Assembly (NCBI RefSeq): GCF_964355755.1
Contig: NC_092676.1
Span: 27,484,871 to 27,548,870 of the forward strand
Direction of reading: 5' to 3'
Source: Antedon mediterranea
Taxonomy: Eukaryota > Animalia > Echinodermata
DNA: 64,000 bases
Numbering within the stretch: the first letter of the stretch is position 1; each line of letters opens with the position of its first letter. This document shows, piece after piece, positions 50,105 to 61,736 of this stretch. Position numbers and translations under genes: made by a program. The notes under the pieces were generated by a model. That model saw nothing but the letters and a program-made list of their open reading frames with translations. It made no database searches and was not told the origin of the DNA.

Positions 50105-52380
50105 TAAAATGTCAATTTTGGATAAATTTACAGATTTTACCATTTAAACTGCGTAAACGTAATGCAAACTTTAAAAAAACACCCACAAACATCATCCAAA
50201 CAACTTAATATTGATTATACCACTACAAGAACTATAAAAGAAGACAATTTATGAAATCATTTCATTGAAATAGCTCTAGGTTTGATTTTTTAGGGTGAAA
50301 AATATCAATTTTTGGATAAATTGACAGATTTTACCATTTAAACTGCGTAAACTTAATGCAAACTTTAAAAAATACCCTACAAACATCATTCAAACAATTG
50401 AATACTGATTATAGCACTACTAGAACTATAAAAGAAGACAATTTATGAAATAATGTTATTGAAATAGCTCTAGGTTTGACTTTTTTGGAGTGAAAACGTC
50501 AATTTTGGATAAATTGACAGATTTTACCATGTGAACTGTGCAAACTTTAAAAAAAACACCCACAAACATCATCTAAACCACTTAATATTGATTATACCAC
50601 TACAAAAACTATAAAAGAGGACAATTTATGAAATAATTTTATTGAAATAGCTCTAGGTTTGAATTTTTTGGGTAAAAAATGTCAATTTTGGATAAATTTA
50701 AAGATTTTACCACGTAAACTGCGTAAACTTAATGCAAACTTAAAAAAAACACCCCACAAACATTATTCAAACCACTTAATACTGATTATAGCACTACAAG
50801 AACTATAAAAGAGGACAATTTATGAAATAATTTAATAGAAATAGCTCTAAGTTTGATTTTTTAGGGTGAAAAATGTCAATTTTGGATAAATTTACAGATT
50901 TCACCATTTCAACTGCGTAAACTTAATGCAAACTTTAAAAAAACACCCACAAACATCATTCAAACCACTTAATATTGATTATATCATTATTAGAACTATA
51001 AAAGAGGACAATTTATGAAATCATTTTATTGAAATAGCTCTAGGTTTGATTTTTTAGGGTGAAAAATATCAATTTTTGGATAAATTGACAGATTTTACCA
51101 TTTAAACTGCGTAAACTTAATGCACACTTTAAAGAATACCCTACAAACATCATTCAAACAATTGAATACTGATTATAGCACTACTAGAACTATAAAAGAA
51201 GACAATTTATGAAATAATGTTATTGAAATAGCTCTAGGTTTGACTTTTTTGGAGTGAAAACGTCAATTTTGGATAAATTGACAGATTTTACCATGTGAAC
51301 TGTGCAAACTTTAAAAAAAACACCCACAAACATCATCTAAACCACTTAATATTGATTATACCACTACAAGAACTATAAAAGAGGACATTTTATGAAATAA
51401 TTTTATTGAAATAGCTCTAGGTTTGAATTTTTTGGGTAAAAAATGTCAATTTTGGATAAATTTACAGATTTTACCACGTAAACTGCGTAAACTTATTGCA
51501 AACTTAAAAAAAACACCCCACAAACATTATTCAAACCACCTAATACTGATTATAGCACTACAAGAACTATAAAAGAGGACAATTTATGAAATAATTTAAT
51601 AGAAATAGCTCTAAGTTTGATTTTTTAGGGTGAAAAATGTCAATTTTGGATAAATTTACAGATTTCACCATTTCAACTGCGTAAACTTAATGCAAACTTT
51701 AAAAAAACACCCACAAACATCATTCAAACCACTTAATATTGATTATATCATTATTAGAACTATAAAAGAGGACAATTTATGAAATCATTTTATTGAAATA
51801 GCTCTAGGTTTGATTTTTTAGGGTGAAAAATGTCAATTTTGGATAATTGATAGATTTTACCATGTAAACTGCGAAAACTTAATGCAAACTTTAAAAAATA
51901 CCCCACAAACATCATTCAAACAATTGAATACTGATTATACCACTACTAGAACTATAAAAGAAGACAATTTATGAAATCATTTTATTAAAATAGTTCTAGG
52001 TTTGACATTTTTGGGGTGATTATGAAATAATTTTATTGAAATAGCTCTAGGAATAAATTGACACATTTTACCATGTAAACTGTGCAAACTTTAAAAAAAC
52101 ACCCCACAAACATCATCCAAACCACTTAATATTGATTATATCACTACTAGAACTATAAAAGAAGACAATTTATGAAATCATTTTATTAGAATAGCTCTAG
52201 GTTTGACTTTTTTGGGGTAAAAAACCACTTAATATTGATTATAAAAGAAGACAACTTATGAAATGATTTTATTGAAATAGGTCAAAGTTTGACCTTTTTG
52301 GATAAATTGACAGATTTTAAAGTGTAAACTTTACAATGCAAAAAAGGCCATCTGCAAAAATCCTTCAAACCACTTATTAT
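50105..52380. repeat. ~183-194-bp tandem array, ~12 units, with a 764-bp higher-order repeat
   Basis: The word tcaatttt(t)ggataa recurs at 50112, 50305, 50499, 50682, 50876, 51069, 51263, 51446, 51640 and 51833. Confidence 0.9.
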
Positions 52381-52419
52381 ATTAGGACAATATTAATATT
52401 TGAAGCAGATATAAAATGA

Positions 52420-54045
52420 TGCATGCTCAGTTATCAAATGACTAGGCCTACACTGATATTTGATATTGGTATATATACAATTAATATTAATTATTGTTGA
52501 GGTAGTTCAAACTATGATTACACTGATCATATCCAACATTGTGATATAGAATATTATTTTGGAAAAGGTAGATATTAAAAAACTAAACAGATCATATCCA
52601 ACAGTTTGATATAGATTATTAATATTAATTGATGATGCAGATATTAAAAGATTTTTGCTCAGTTATCAATTTATGACTACACTGATCATATCCAACAATG
52701 CGATATAGATTATTAATATTAATTGATGATGCAGATATTAAAAGATTTTTGCTCAGTTATCAATTTATGACTACACTGATCATATTGAACAATGCGATAT
52801 AGATTATTAATATTAATTATTGATGAGGTAGATATTAAAAGATGCGTGCTCAGTTATCAAATTATGACTACACTGATCATATCGAACAATGTGATATAGA
52901 TTATTAATATAAATTATTGATGAGGTAGATATTAAAAGATTTTTGCTCAGTTATCAAATTATGACTACACTGATCATATCCAACAATGTGATATAAATTA
53001 TTAATAATAATTATTGATGAAATAGATATTGAAAGATGCATGCTCAGTTATCAAATTATGACTACACTAATCATATCCAACATTGTGATATAGATTATTA
53101 ATAATAATTATTGATGAGGTAGATATTAAAATATGTATGCTCACAGTTATCAAACTATGACTACACTGATCATATCCAACATTGTGATATAGGATATTAT
53201 TAATTGTTATTGATAAGGTAGATATTAAAAAACTAAACAGATCATATCCAACAGTGTGATATAGATTATTAATATTAATTATTAATGAGGTAGATATTTA
53301 AGGATGTATGCTCAGTTATCAAATTATGACTAACTACACTGATCATATCCAACAATGTGATATAAATTATTAATAATAATTATTGATGAAATAGATATTG
53401 AAAGATGCGTGCTCAGTTATCAAATTATGACTACACTAATCATATCCAACATTGTGATATAGGATATTATTAATAGTCATTGATAAGGTAGATATTAAAA
53501 GATGCATGCTCAGTTATCATATTATGACTACACTGATCATATTGAACAATGCGATATAGATTATTAATATTAATTATTGATGAGGTAGATATTAAAAGAT
53601 GCATGCTCAGTTATCAAATTATGACTACACTGATCATATTGAACAATGTGATATAGAATATTAATAATAATTATTGATGAGGTAGATATTAAAAGATGCG
53701 TGCTCAGTTATCAAATTATGACTACACTGATCATATCGAACAATGTGATATAAATTATTAATATTAATTATTGATGAGGTAGATATTAAAAGATGCGTGC
53801 TCAGTTATCAAATTATGACTAACACTGATCATATCCTACATTGTGATATAGGACATTATTAATAGTTATTGATAAGGTAGTTATTAAAAGATGCGTGCTC
53901 AGTTATCAAATTTTGACTACAAAGATCATATCCAACATTGTGATGTAGATTTATATTAATATTAATTATTGACGATGTAGATATTAAAAGATTCATGCTA
54001 AGTTATCAAATTTTGACTACACTGATCATATTTGATATTGTGATT
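52420..54045 (-). repeat. 97-bp satellite in reverse-complement orientation (right arm)
   Basis: gatgcgtgctcagttatcaaattatgactacactgatcatatccaacaatgtgata is the reverse complement of the left-arm unit. Confidence 0.93.
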
Positions 54046-55558
54046 GATGATATATTCATATAAAGAGTGTACAATACTCACAGTATTTTTTAATCCATCC
54101 ACATGAAGAAGAGACACAAGAACAAGAGTTGTTTGAAATTGTGAAGCCTCACAACCTTACTAATTGTGATGACATTTAATATAATATTACAGCCATACAC
54201 AAACAGTAAGGTAGTTAGGGTCACTACAATCTATTAAAATAATTAACATTAATTAACTGGAAACATTGTTAATTATCAGTTTGAGTTTGACTTTTGTCTC
54301 TTTTGTTGTAGAATTGAATCTCTCTTTATCCATTGCTTTCAACCTGAAAATAAACAGGCCTAAATATAACCTTGGCATTAGCAATGAAATCAACTTACAC
54401 ACTGATGAATCTTAATACTCCTACCTATCTAATATTTTATATAGATAGGCTGTCTATGACCCCCCAGCCTATCCCTAGCTAGGCCTATGCCTCTCTAGAC
54501 CATTCTGCTGGCTAGCTAGCAAGGCCCTAGGTCTAGTCCTATAATTAATAGCACAGGTCTCATATAGATAGGCCTAGAGTGTTTAGACTGAGCCTGGTTA
54601 TATGCCTATTTATTTAACTAGGACTAGGCAGGCCTAATCAGCCTAAACTAAGGCCTAATAAACTAGTCTAGGCCCTAACTAAAATACATACATAGAGCTA
54701 GCTAGTTAGGCAGCCTAGGCCTAGACTTATTTATTAGCTAGTAAGTAGGCCTAGCTAGCTAGCCTACCAGTTCCCTAGTAGGGCCTAACCAGGTGGGCCT
54801 AGTAGCCTAGCCTAGCTAGTAGTAGTAGCCTACTACTTCTTTCTAGGCCTTAGGCCTAGCAAGACTAGGCTAGCCCTAGTACTAGTAGGCCTAGCTAGGC
54901 TATAGGCCTAGTAGTACTAGGCCTACCTCTAGGCCTAAACTACTAGCTAGAGTAGCGAGATGCTAGCCTAACTAGGCCTAGGCCCTAGCTAGCTAGCTAG
55001 CCTAGGCCTAGCCTCTTTCTAGCTAGGCCTATAGGCTATAATAGGCTAGGCCCTAGCCTAGGCTAGGCCTAATCTGCCCTTTTTGGAGGCTAAAATATTG
55101 TCTGAAATAAGCTATGACCTACAAATATAGCTTAACTATCTGTTAAGGGTGACACTGATGATGGGTAATCAATAAAATATGCTTCTAAATCTACCTTTTT
55201 GGCTTGCAATCATAATATCCAGTCTAGCCTAGGCCTAGGCCTGCACGGATCAGGTAGCAAAACGAACGAAGTGAGAGCACAGAGGAGGAGGAGGCCTAGG
55301 GCCTAGGCCTAGGTTTCAGGCAGAAAAGAACATCTTGAGTTTGTGTAATTATATATCTATTTACAGTTATTTTAAAATATATCCCTAACATTTAAAAAGT
55401 TATATATATTACTGATAATTAATTGTAAGAAGGATACTCTACCTAATGATATTATCAATTAAATGTATTTTCCGTACGAAATTAATTATATACGAGGATG
55501 GCATAAGTGATAGCTCTCTGTTATCAAAAAACAACTACATACTATACCTGAGGTAAAC

Positions 55559-55620
55559 ATGTGGGTGCAGCCATTTTAGATTTTACTGTCCAATCAAATT
55601 CAGACAAATAATTCTTATAT
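55559..55620 (-). promoter_or_regulatory. Candidate shared DDX51/FICD divergent core promoter
   Basis: A YY1-like AAAATGGCTGC on the minus strand (~55567-55577) and CCAAT (~55590) lie immediately outside the right TSD. Without the insertion they would be ~70-90 bp from the DDX51 ATG. Confidence 0.4.
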
Positions 55621-55932
55621 TGACATACGACAAAATGTTACATTGTAAATTGTTATTAAAAACAATCCACAGTTGATATACTTTCTGTATTTGCAAGAAA
55701 ATAGCATTAGTAAATTTATATATTTTACCATTCAAATTGTTAATTTATGATTATTTAATAATGGAATAAAATATAATAAATTTGAGGAATTCTTGAATAG
55801 GTTACCACCCACTCCAATCCGAAACAAAAAGGAACTGTCAAATATGCTGATGAAATGTTTTAATTAGTTGTTAATTTATCAAGTTAATCATTCAACAATG
55901 TTTCTAAAATTACTTTACAAAGTATAAAGCAA

Positions 55933-57683
55933 ATGGAGGAGTCTATTAAAGATAGATCGGCTCTTATTTTAGTTTTTCTTAGTGGTATACTTCTAGCCTA
56001 CGTTTTGTTGACAATCACCGAACAAGCCAGACTTGGTGGTGGGAAACCAACGGGAGAGGAGCCATACAAACTTGGTCTGCTTGGCAGGCCCCTTAGAAAC
56101 GATGGCTTAAAAGACTGGCCTGTCACTGTAAAGGAACGGCCATTTTTAAGACCAGGTATGTTTCTATTGAATTCAAATTTGTAACTATCTAACTATAGAC
56201 TCTAGGCCTAATTAAAAAGCCTCTATTTATAATTTATATAATATACCTTTTTTTTTTAAATGTCAAATTAAATGATAGTCTACTATACTATTTAGTAGGC
56301 CTAGATAGATAAGATAGGCCTATCTATATTAATTACATATTTTAAATGCTGTATTATTTATTAAAATGATAATATACTGTATGCTATTATTTAGCCAAAA
56401 ATACTAAGAAAGATAGTATTTTTGATAATACATATAATAATATTGTAATACAGTATAATTTGTTCTTTTTTTTCTTTTTATTTAAAATAAATATAACACA
56501 AACAATATTTATTCACTGCAGGTTCAATTATTAACTTACTGTGTGAAGGAACAATAGACTCTTCACACTACTCATGAATGTGTCAAGCAATGGTGTTATT
56601 ATAATGTATTCTTTGTTTTCAGATATAAAAGGTGAAAGTCTGGCTGCATTGAATCAAGCCTTAGATGCCAAACTTCAAGGCAGAAAAGAAAAGGCACATA
56701 AGCTGTTCCAACATGCGCTAGTCCTAGATCCAACTCACGTAGAAGCGTTGACGGAATATGGCGAGTTTATAGAAAGTGATGATGTCGTCAAAGCGGACCA
56801 TTTATACACGTGCGCGCTAACTATCAACGGTAGTCATAGCAGAGCGTTAGACAACATGAAACGGACAACTGTGATTGTGAAAGACATCGATAATCAGATG
56901 TTGGAACGCATTGAAAATAAACAAGAAGAATTCATGAAGGTACCATCACACCACCCAGAGCTGGATAAAGTAAAAAAAGAGTTGTACTATTTACATATTT
57001 ACCATACGACTGCAATCGAGGGGAATACTATGACATTGGAACAGGTCCGGCACGTCATGGAAACGGGGATGGCCGTTCCCGGGAAAAGCATAATGGAACA
57101 TAACGAAATCATTGGTATGAGCGCCGCATTGAAGTACATTAACCAAACGATGTCGAACCGATTTGGTTCTTTAACGATTCGTGATATTCAAGAAATTCAT
57201 CGTAGGGTTATGGGTAATGTTGATCCAATTGAAGCCGGTAATTTTCGAACTAACCAGGTTTTTGTCGGTGATCATATTCCCGCAGCAGCATCGGAGTTAG
57301 ATGAATTAATGCAAGAGTTCATTGATTGGTTGAATTCAAATGATGCGTTAGATCTTCATCCAATAGAACTAGCAGCTTTAGCTCATTATAAATTAGTTCA
57401 TATACACCCGTTTGTTGACGGGAACGGAAGGACTTCTCGGCTTTTGATGAATGTTATACTTATGCAAGCCGGTTATCCTCCCATAGATGTTAAAGTGACA
57501 GAACGACATGAATATTATACTGCAATTAAGACTGGTAACCAGGGTGATATACGACCGTTTATCCGCTTCATCGCCAGGTGTACTGAGCGTATGTTAGACA
57601 CCTATTTATGGCTTTATTCAGATGCGCCAAATTCAACATTTCCAGAAATTGAAGATGGTAAAACCATCATTCTTGGCCCATAG
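55933..57683 (+). CDS. FICD: Protein adenylyltransferase FICD/HYPE (TM, TPR, Fic domain)
   Basis: Exon 55933-56155 encodes a hydrophobic TM (ALILVFLSGILLAYVLL). Exon 56623-57683 carries a TPR-like region, the inhibitory helix TAIEGN and the Fic motif HPFVDGNGRTSR. The intron is phase 1, GT-AG. Confidence 0.96.
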
Positions 57684-59503
57684 TCTTAAATAACTATTTA
57701 TTATAATTATATTTATTATTATGATTTCAATTTTTCATATACCATACAATATATCACTAATACGGTGTTTTTCTAATGCATGTAAATTTATATGAATTAT
57801 AAATTTGATAAGTACAGTAGTTTATGTAAACATTTTCCAAACTTAAAAAACGAACAACTTTTAGAGTTGATGGTACAGTAATTAGAAATGTTATGCAAAA
57901 CAATTGCAGACTATATTAAGTTCACTACTGTACATTGGCAGGCTAGGTTTGGTGCCATTAACAACTTACTTCCATTAACAGTAAATCATCATAGCAACAT
58001 CAAATCATACAAAGCATTCTGCAACATTATATTGCAATTCGTTAATTTTTTAACAATGGTATTTATAAGCATGTTCTTGTTATATTGCTGTAACATATTC
58101 TATATTTATTTAAATATTTGCTGAATATATTATTATGCAATAAATTGTACTTAAATTATATTATACTTTATAGATTATATTCCAAATTCCAACCATATTA
58201 ACCAAGTTACTTTGTTCCCCACCTCTACATGTAATTTTTAAATAAGATTATTAAATTATATCTACAGCATGTTAATTCATTATAATAGTTTTACTTATAG
58301 TATTTTAAATCATTTATTTTAATGTTTACTTAATATTGTATGGGTTTACTATAAAAGATAATAGTATTTTCTTAGTACCTCTCTGTGTGTAATTTCGTCT
58401 GACTTCCAAATTGTTCATAAAATTACACTTCCAGGCCTAATCTGATCTAGTAGTTGTCAGGTTATGATTCGATATATTTTTGTATAAAAGGTACAGTAGT
58501 CTATGTTTAGGACTTCAACTTAATATTGGTAAAAACATTTTGGCACACATAGCGTTTCATACATGTAATACAGGTACTCTGACTGGAATATTAGCAACAT
58601 AAAAAAGATAAAAAAAACTACAGACCTAAGCAAGTCTAAGGGAATAATGTAAAGGTTGACAAAATAGTATAAAAATACATACTCAGTATTTGCTCATAAA
58701 ATAAAAGTTTTGTGGCGTGAATGTTTATAATAGTGCAATACAACAAAGCTGTAATCTATGAGATGATTTATTTTTGTTATTTTTACGTTGAAAATAGTCA
58801 TAATCATTTTGGGCTCTAAAATACTGTGGTGTTTATTAAAAATGTATAATTTTATTTTTATTGGGTAATTCACTAAAATATATTTTTTTATATAATGGTC
58901 AGCTGAAAATCAAATAAAGCATTAAATAATGTTTAAATTCGTTTTAGTGTTTTGTTTAATTCATATCGTATGAATATTCGTTCTTTCACTTTTCATTTTA
59001 AAATGTTAGATTTTATGTCCGACCAGAAGATTTAATATTAACAAATGCTATGATACATACAGTATAATTTTCTTTTCTATTTTAATATTTACAAGTCGAC
59101 AAAAAATACAAACAATTTTGTGTAGAACAACTTAACAATTCTTTAACACAACCCTAGTGTACTGTAGGTTAGTGTGACAACATAGTAGTAGGACAAATCT
59201 TTATCAAACTTGTGGTACTTCCTTGATATATATAAAGCTCTGTCTACGTCACTATCAAACTAGTTTGACAAAAAAAGTGTGATGTGCCCAAATATGGTAG
59301 TGATATGACATCATCATGTCTATATATGGGCACAACATATTTTTTGTCGCATAAAGTAGTGTAGACAGAGCTTTACTTCTTATTGAGTGCTGGATTGTCA
59401 ACTTAAGAAGCAAAAAAAAACCCAAAACATAGTTAGATGCCAGCTACATCACCTTGATTACAGTATACTTATAATAATATGTGTAATACAATCCATGTTG
59501 TCA

Positions 59504-61736
59504 TCAGCGCCCTTTAGATTTCTTAACTTTTGGTTTTTTAACCCTTCTCAAATATGGATTATTAAATTTAGCCTCTCGTTTGTCCTTTTTATCTTTCAAT
59601 GTTCCTGCTATCATTTTTTCTTCTTTAACTTTTTGTTCCTCAAGCTTTTCACCATCTTCATTGGCTTTAGCTTCCAAATCTTTTTTGGCTTTCTCCTTCA
59701 TGAGATCTTCCTCTGCCATCGCTAGTACCTCATGTTCTGGTGGTAAGAGTGCTTGTAGGTATGTGTGAGGTGATGGTTGGCACGCTATCACTGAAAGAAT
59801 ATGAAAAAAGGAAATCAGGCTTTGAACATATTATTGAAATGACTGGGACCTTGGAACCTATTAATTGTTAAGTTCTGTCTACACTTTCTAACTTTAGTTA
59901 ACAAAAAATTTGATGTGGCGATATATGGACATAATGATGTCATATCACTACCATATTTGGGCACATCACACTTTTTTTGTTTAAGTTCATTAAAGACCAC
60001 ATAAATATATATTTATTAGTAACATCTGAGTGTACAGTATTCTGCATTCACTTTATTATATAATATTTAGGAATTTCATACATGGAAAAAGATTGCTATC
60101 TCCAGGAAACAGAGTCTGTGTCTCTCCAGTTTTCGCAATAAAACGTGTCAGCGCCCTCTCAACGTCACGTTTCTGAGTGGCTGCTTTTTCCCTTAAGGTC
60201 TGGTAATCCCTTTCTTGTTGTCGATAAGTCTATAATAATAAACAATAAATTTACATATATATTCAAGCAATAAAAAGTTTAATGATATTGGTCAATAACT
60301 TTCCAAAATTTAGAAGGCCTACTGTAAATTGAGAATTTATTAAAAAAAATGAAATCTTTCTACTTTACAAAATGCAATATTATTACTTTTATTTCTACAA
60401 TTTCTTTAAATCTAATTGAACTTGTTACGACCTTCAAATGTGATCCTTAATTTGACCTCTAAATGCTAGTGAACTGAATAACTCTCTAATGGAAATTGGC
60501 TGAGTGGTATAAACAAGCAGTTGTACATTTTATCGTGGAACATTATCGATTTAACTTAATTCGGTTTGAAATGTCATAGTTAAGTCTAACATGTCGTAAA
60601 TGTACATTAGTGTAATTGACACCAACAACAAAAAACACCAATAAAGGTCTTAAGTAAATACTCACGGCTGTTTTGATATATGCGTGTGGGTCAGGGAATT
60701 CTGGTAGGTGTTGAGGTATGTAGTTTGGATGTTGTTTACGAATGCCAGCTTGTAGAACTTTTGGTGTTGCTCCCTGACGCATCTGTTCCTCTGAAGATCA
60801 AAGCAAATTTTGTTTTTCATTTATGATATTGTCTTTATTTTTGGAATTAGTTTATGAGCTTCCATCTTATCTTTAGCTTATTTTTTCTTTAGAAATAGTT
60901 TGTTGGTAGGTTGTTTTTTTTGCAATTTGTTTATGTTTTTATAGTTATTTTATATATTGTATATATACTATATTCTAATTTCACTCAAATTTCCTTGAAT
61001 TTATTTTTTACTTAGGGAACTTATTATTTCCACCCACTCATAGCATGGTGACACCCATTGAACACCCCACCCCCCCCCCCCCCAACCCGGTACTTACGAT
61101 GCAGAGTCGTCTTCTTGCAGCGTTTGGTAAAAGTCTGTAAATCTTTAACATCCGACCCCATTTCCACTATTGCCATGGCAATATCTTTAACTACTGGTAG
61201 CGTTCTACCTGACAACTCGCAAAGCATTCTAGATGTTCTACCAAGCTCAGTTATATCTAAATAAAAATGTGAAATATGCAAGAAGTGAAAATATGCCTCA
61301 CATACTGTAGCTATACTTATGAAACAAATAAATAGTGTGGATTACAGGATGGGAAGTTAAACCTCTCTAAGGTTTAAATCTGACCACTTTTTCACAGATG
61401 CCTTTGACAACCCAGTGGCTTGAACAGAGATTGTTCCCTTTTCTTGCAAAAACCACACCACTTTATTTATTATGGCTACATCACTGTCTTACCCTTATAT
61501 TAAGATGATCGCAAGTAATTTATGATTTGAGGCGTAGGTGTAATAAATTCATAAAACATTAAATTTACATTAATTTAAATGAAATTTCCCTTACAACTTT
61601 GAAGCATTTCTGTGAGTGTCTCAATGCATGCTTTCTCAGCAGTTGCATAGCCAACATCATGACATATAGAAGCCACAGCTACAAACAATGCTTGTCGTCT
61701 GGCAACTGTTAGTTGAGTCGCATCATTTGGGAACAT
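59504..61736 (-). CDS. TAF8: Transcription initiation factor TFIID subunit 8
   Basis: Minus-strand exons: 61595-61750 (ARRQAL..AEKACIETLTEMLQS; first in-frame ATG at 61736, true start could be in an upstream exon), 61098-61256, 60666-60790 (HLPEFPDPHAYIKT), 60082-60229 (LREKAATQKRDVERALTRFIAKTG), 59504-59790 (NPYLRRVKKPK). Confidence 0.92.

Larger units (their letters stand above)
45721..55549. mobile_element. ~9.8-kb non-autonomous foldback / MULE-like element
   Basis: Direct repeat GAGGTAAAC at 45712-45720 and 55550-55558. Imperfect ~65-bp TIRs at ~45721-45788 and ~55483-55549. Internal inverted satellite arms. No transposase ORF. Confidence 0.8.

Noticed and set aside
56574-57683. Bacterial Fic toxin or horizontal transfer
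   Set aside because: The TM exon, TPR region, TAIEGN helix and spliceosomal intron match ordinary metazoan FICD.
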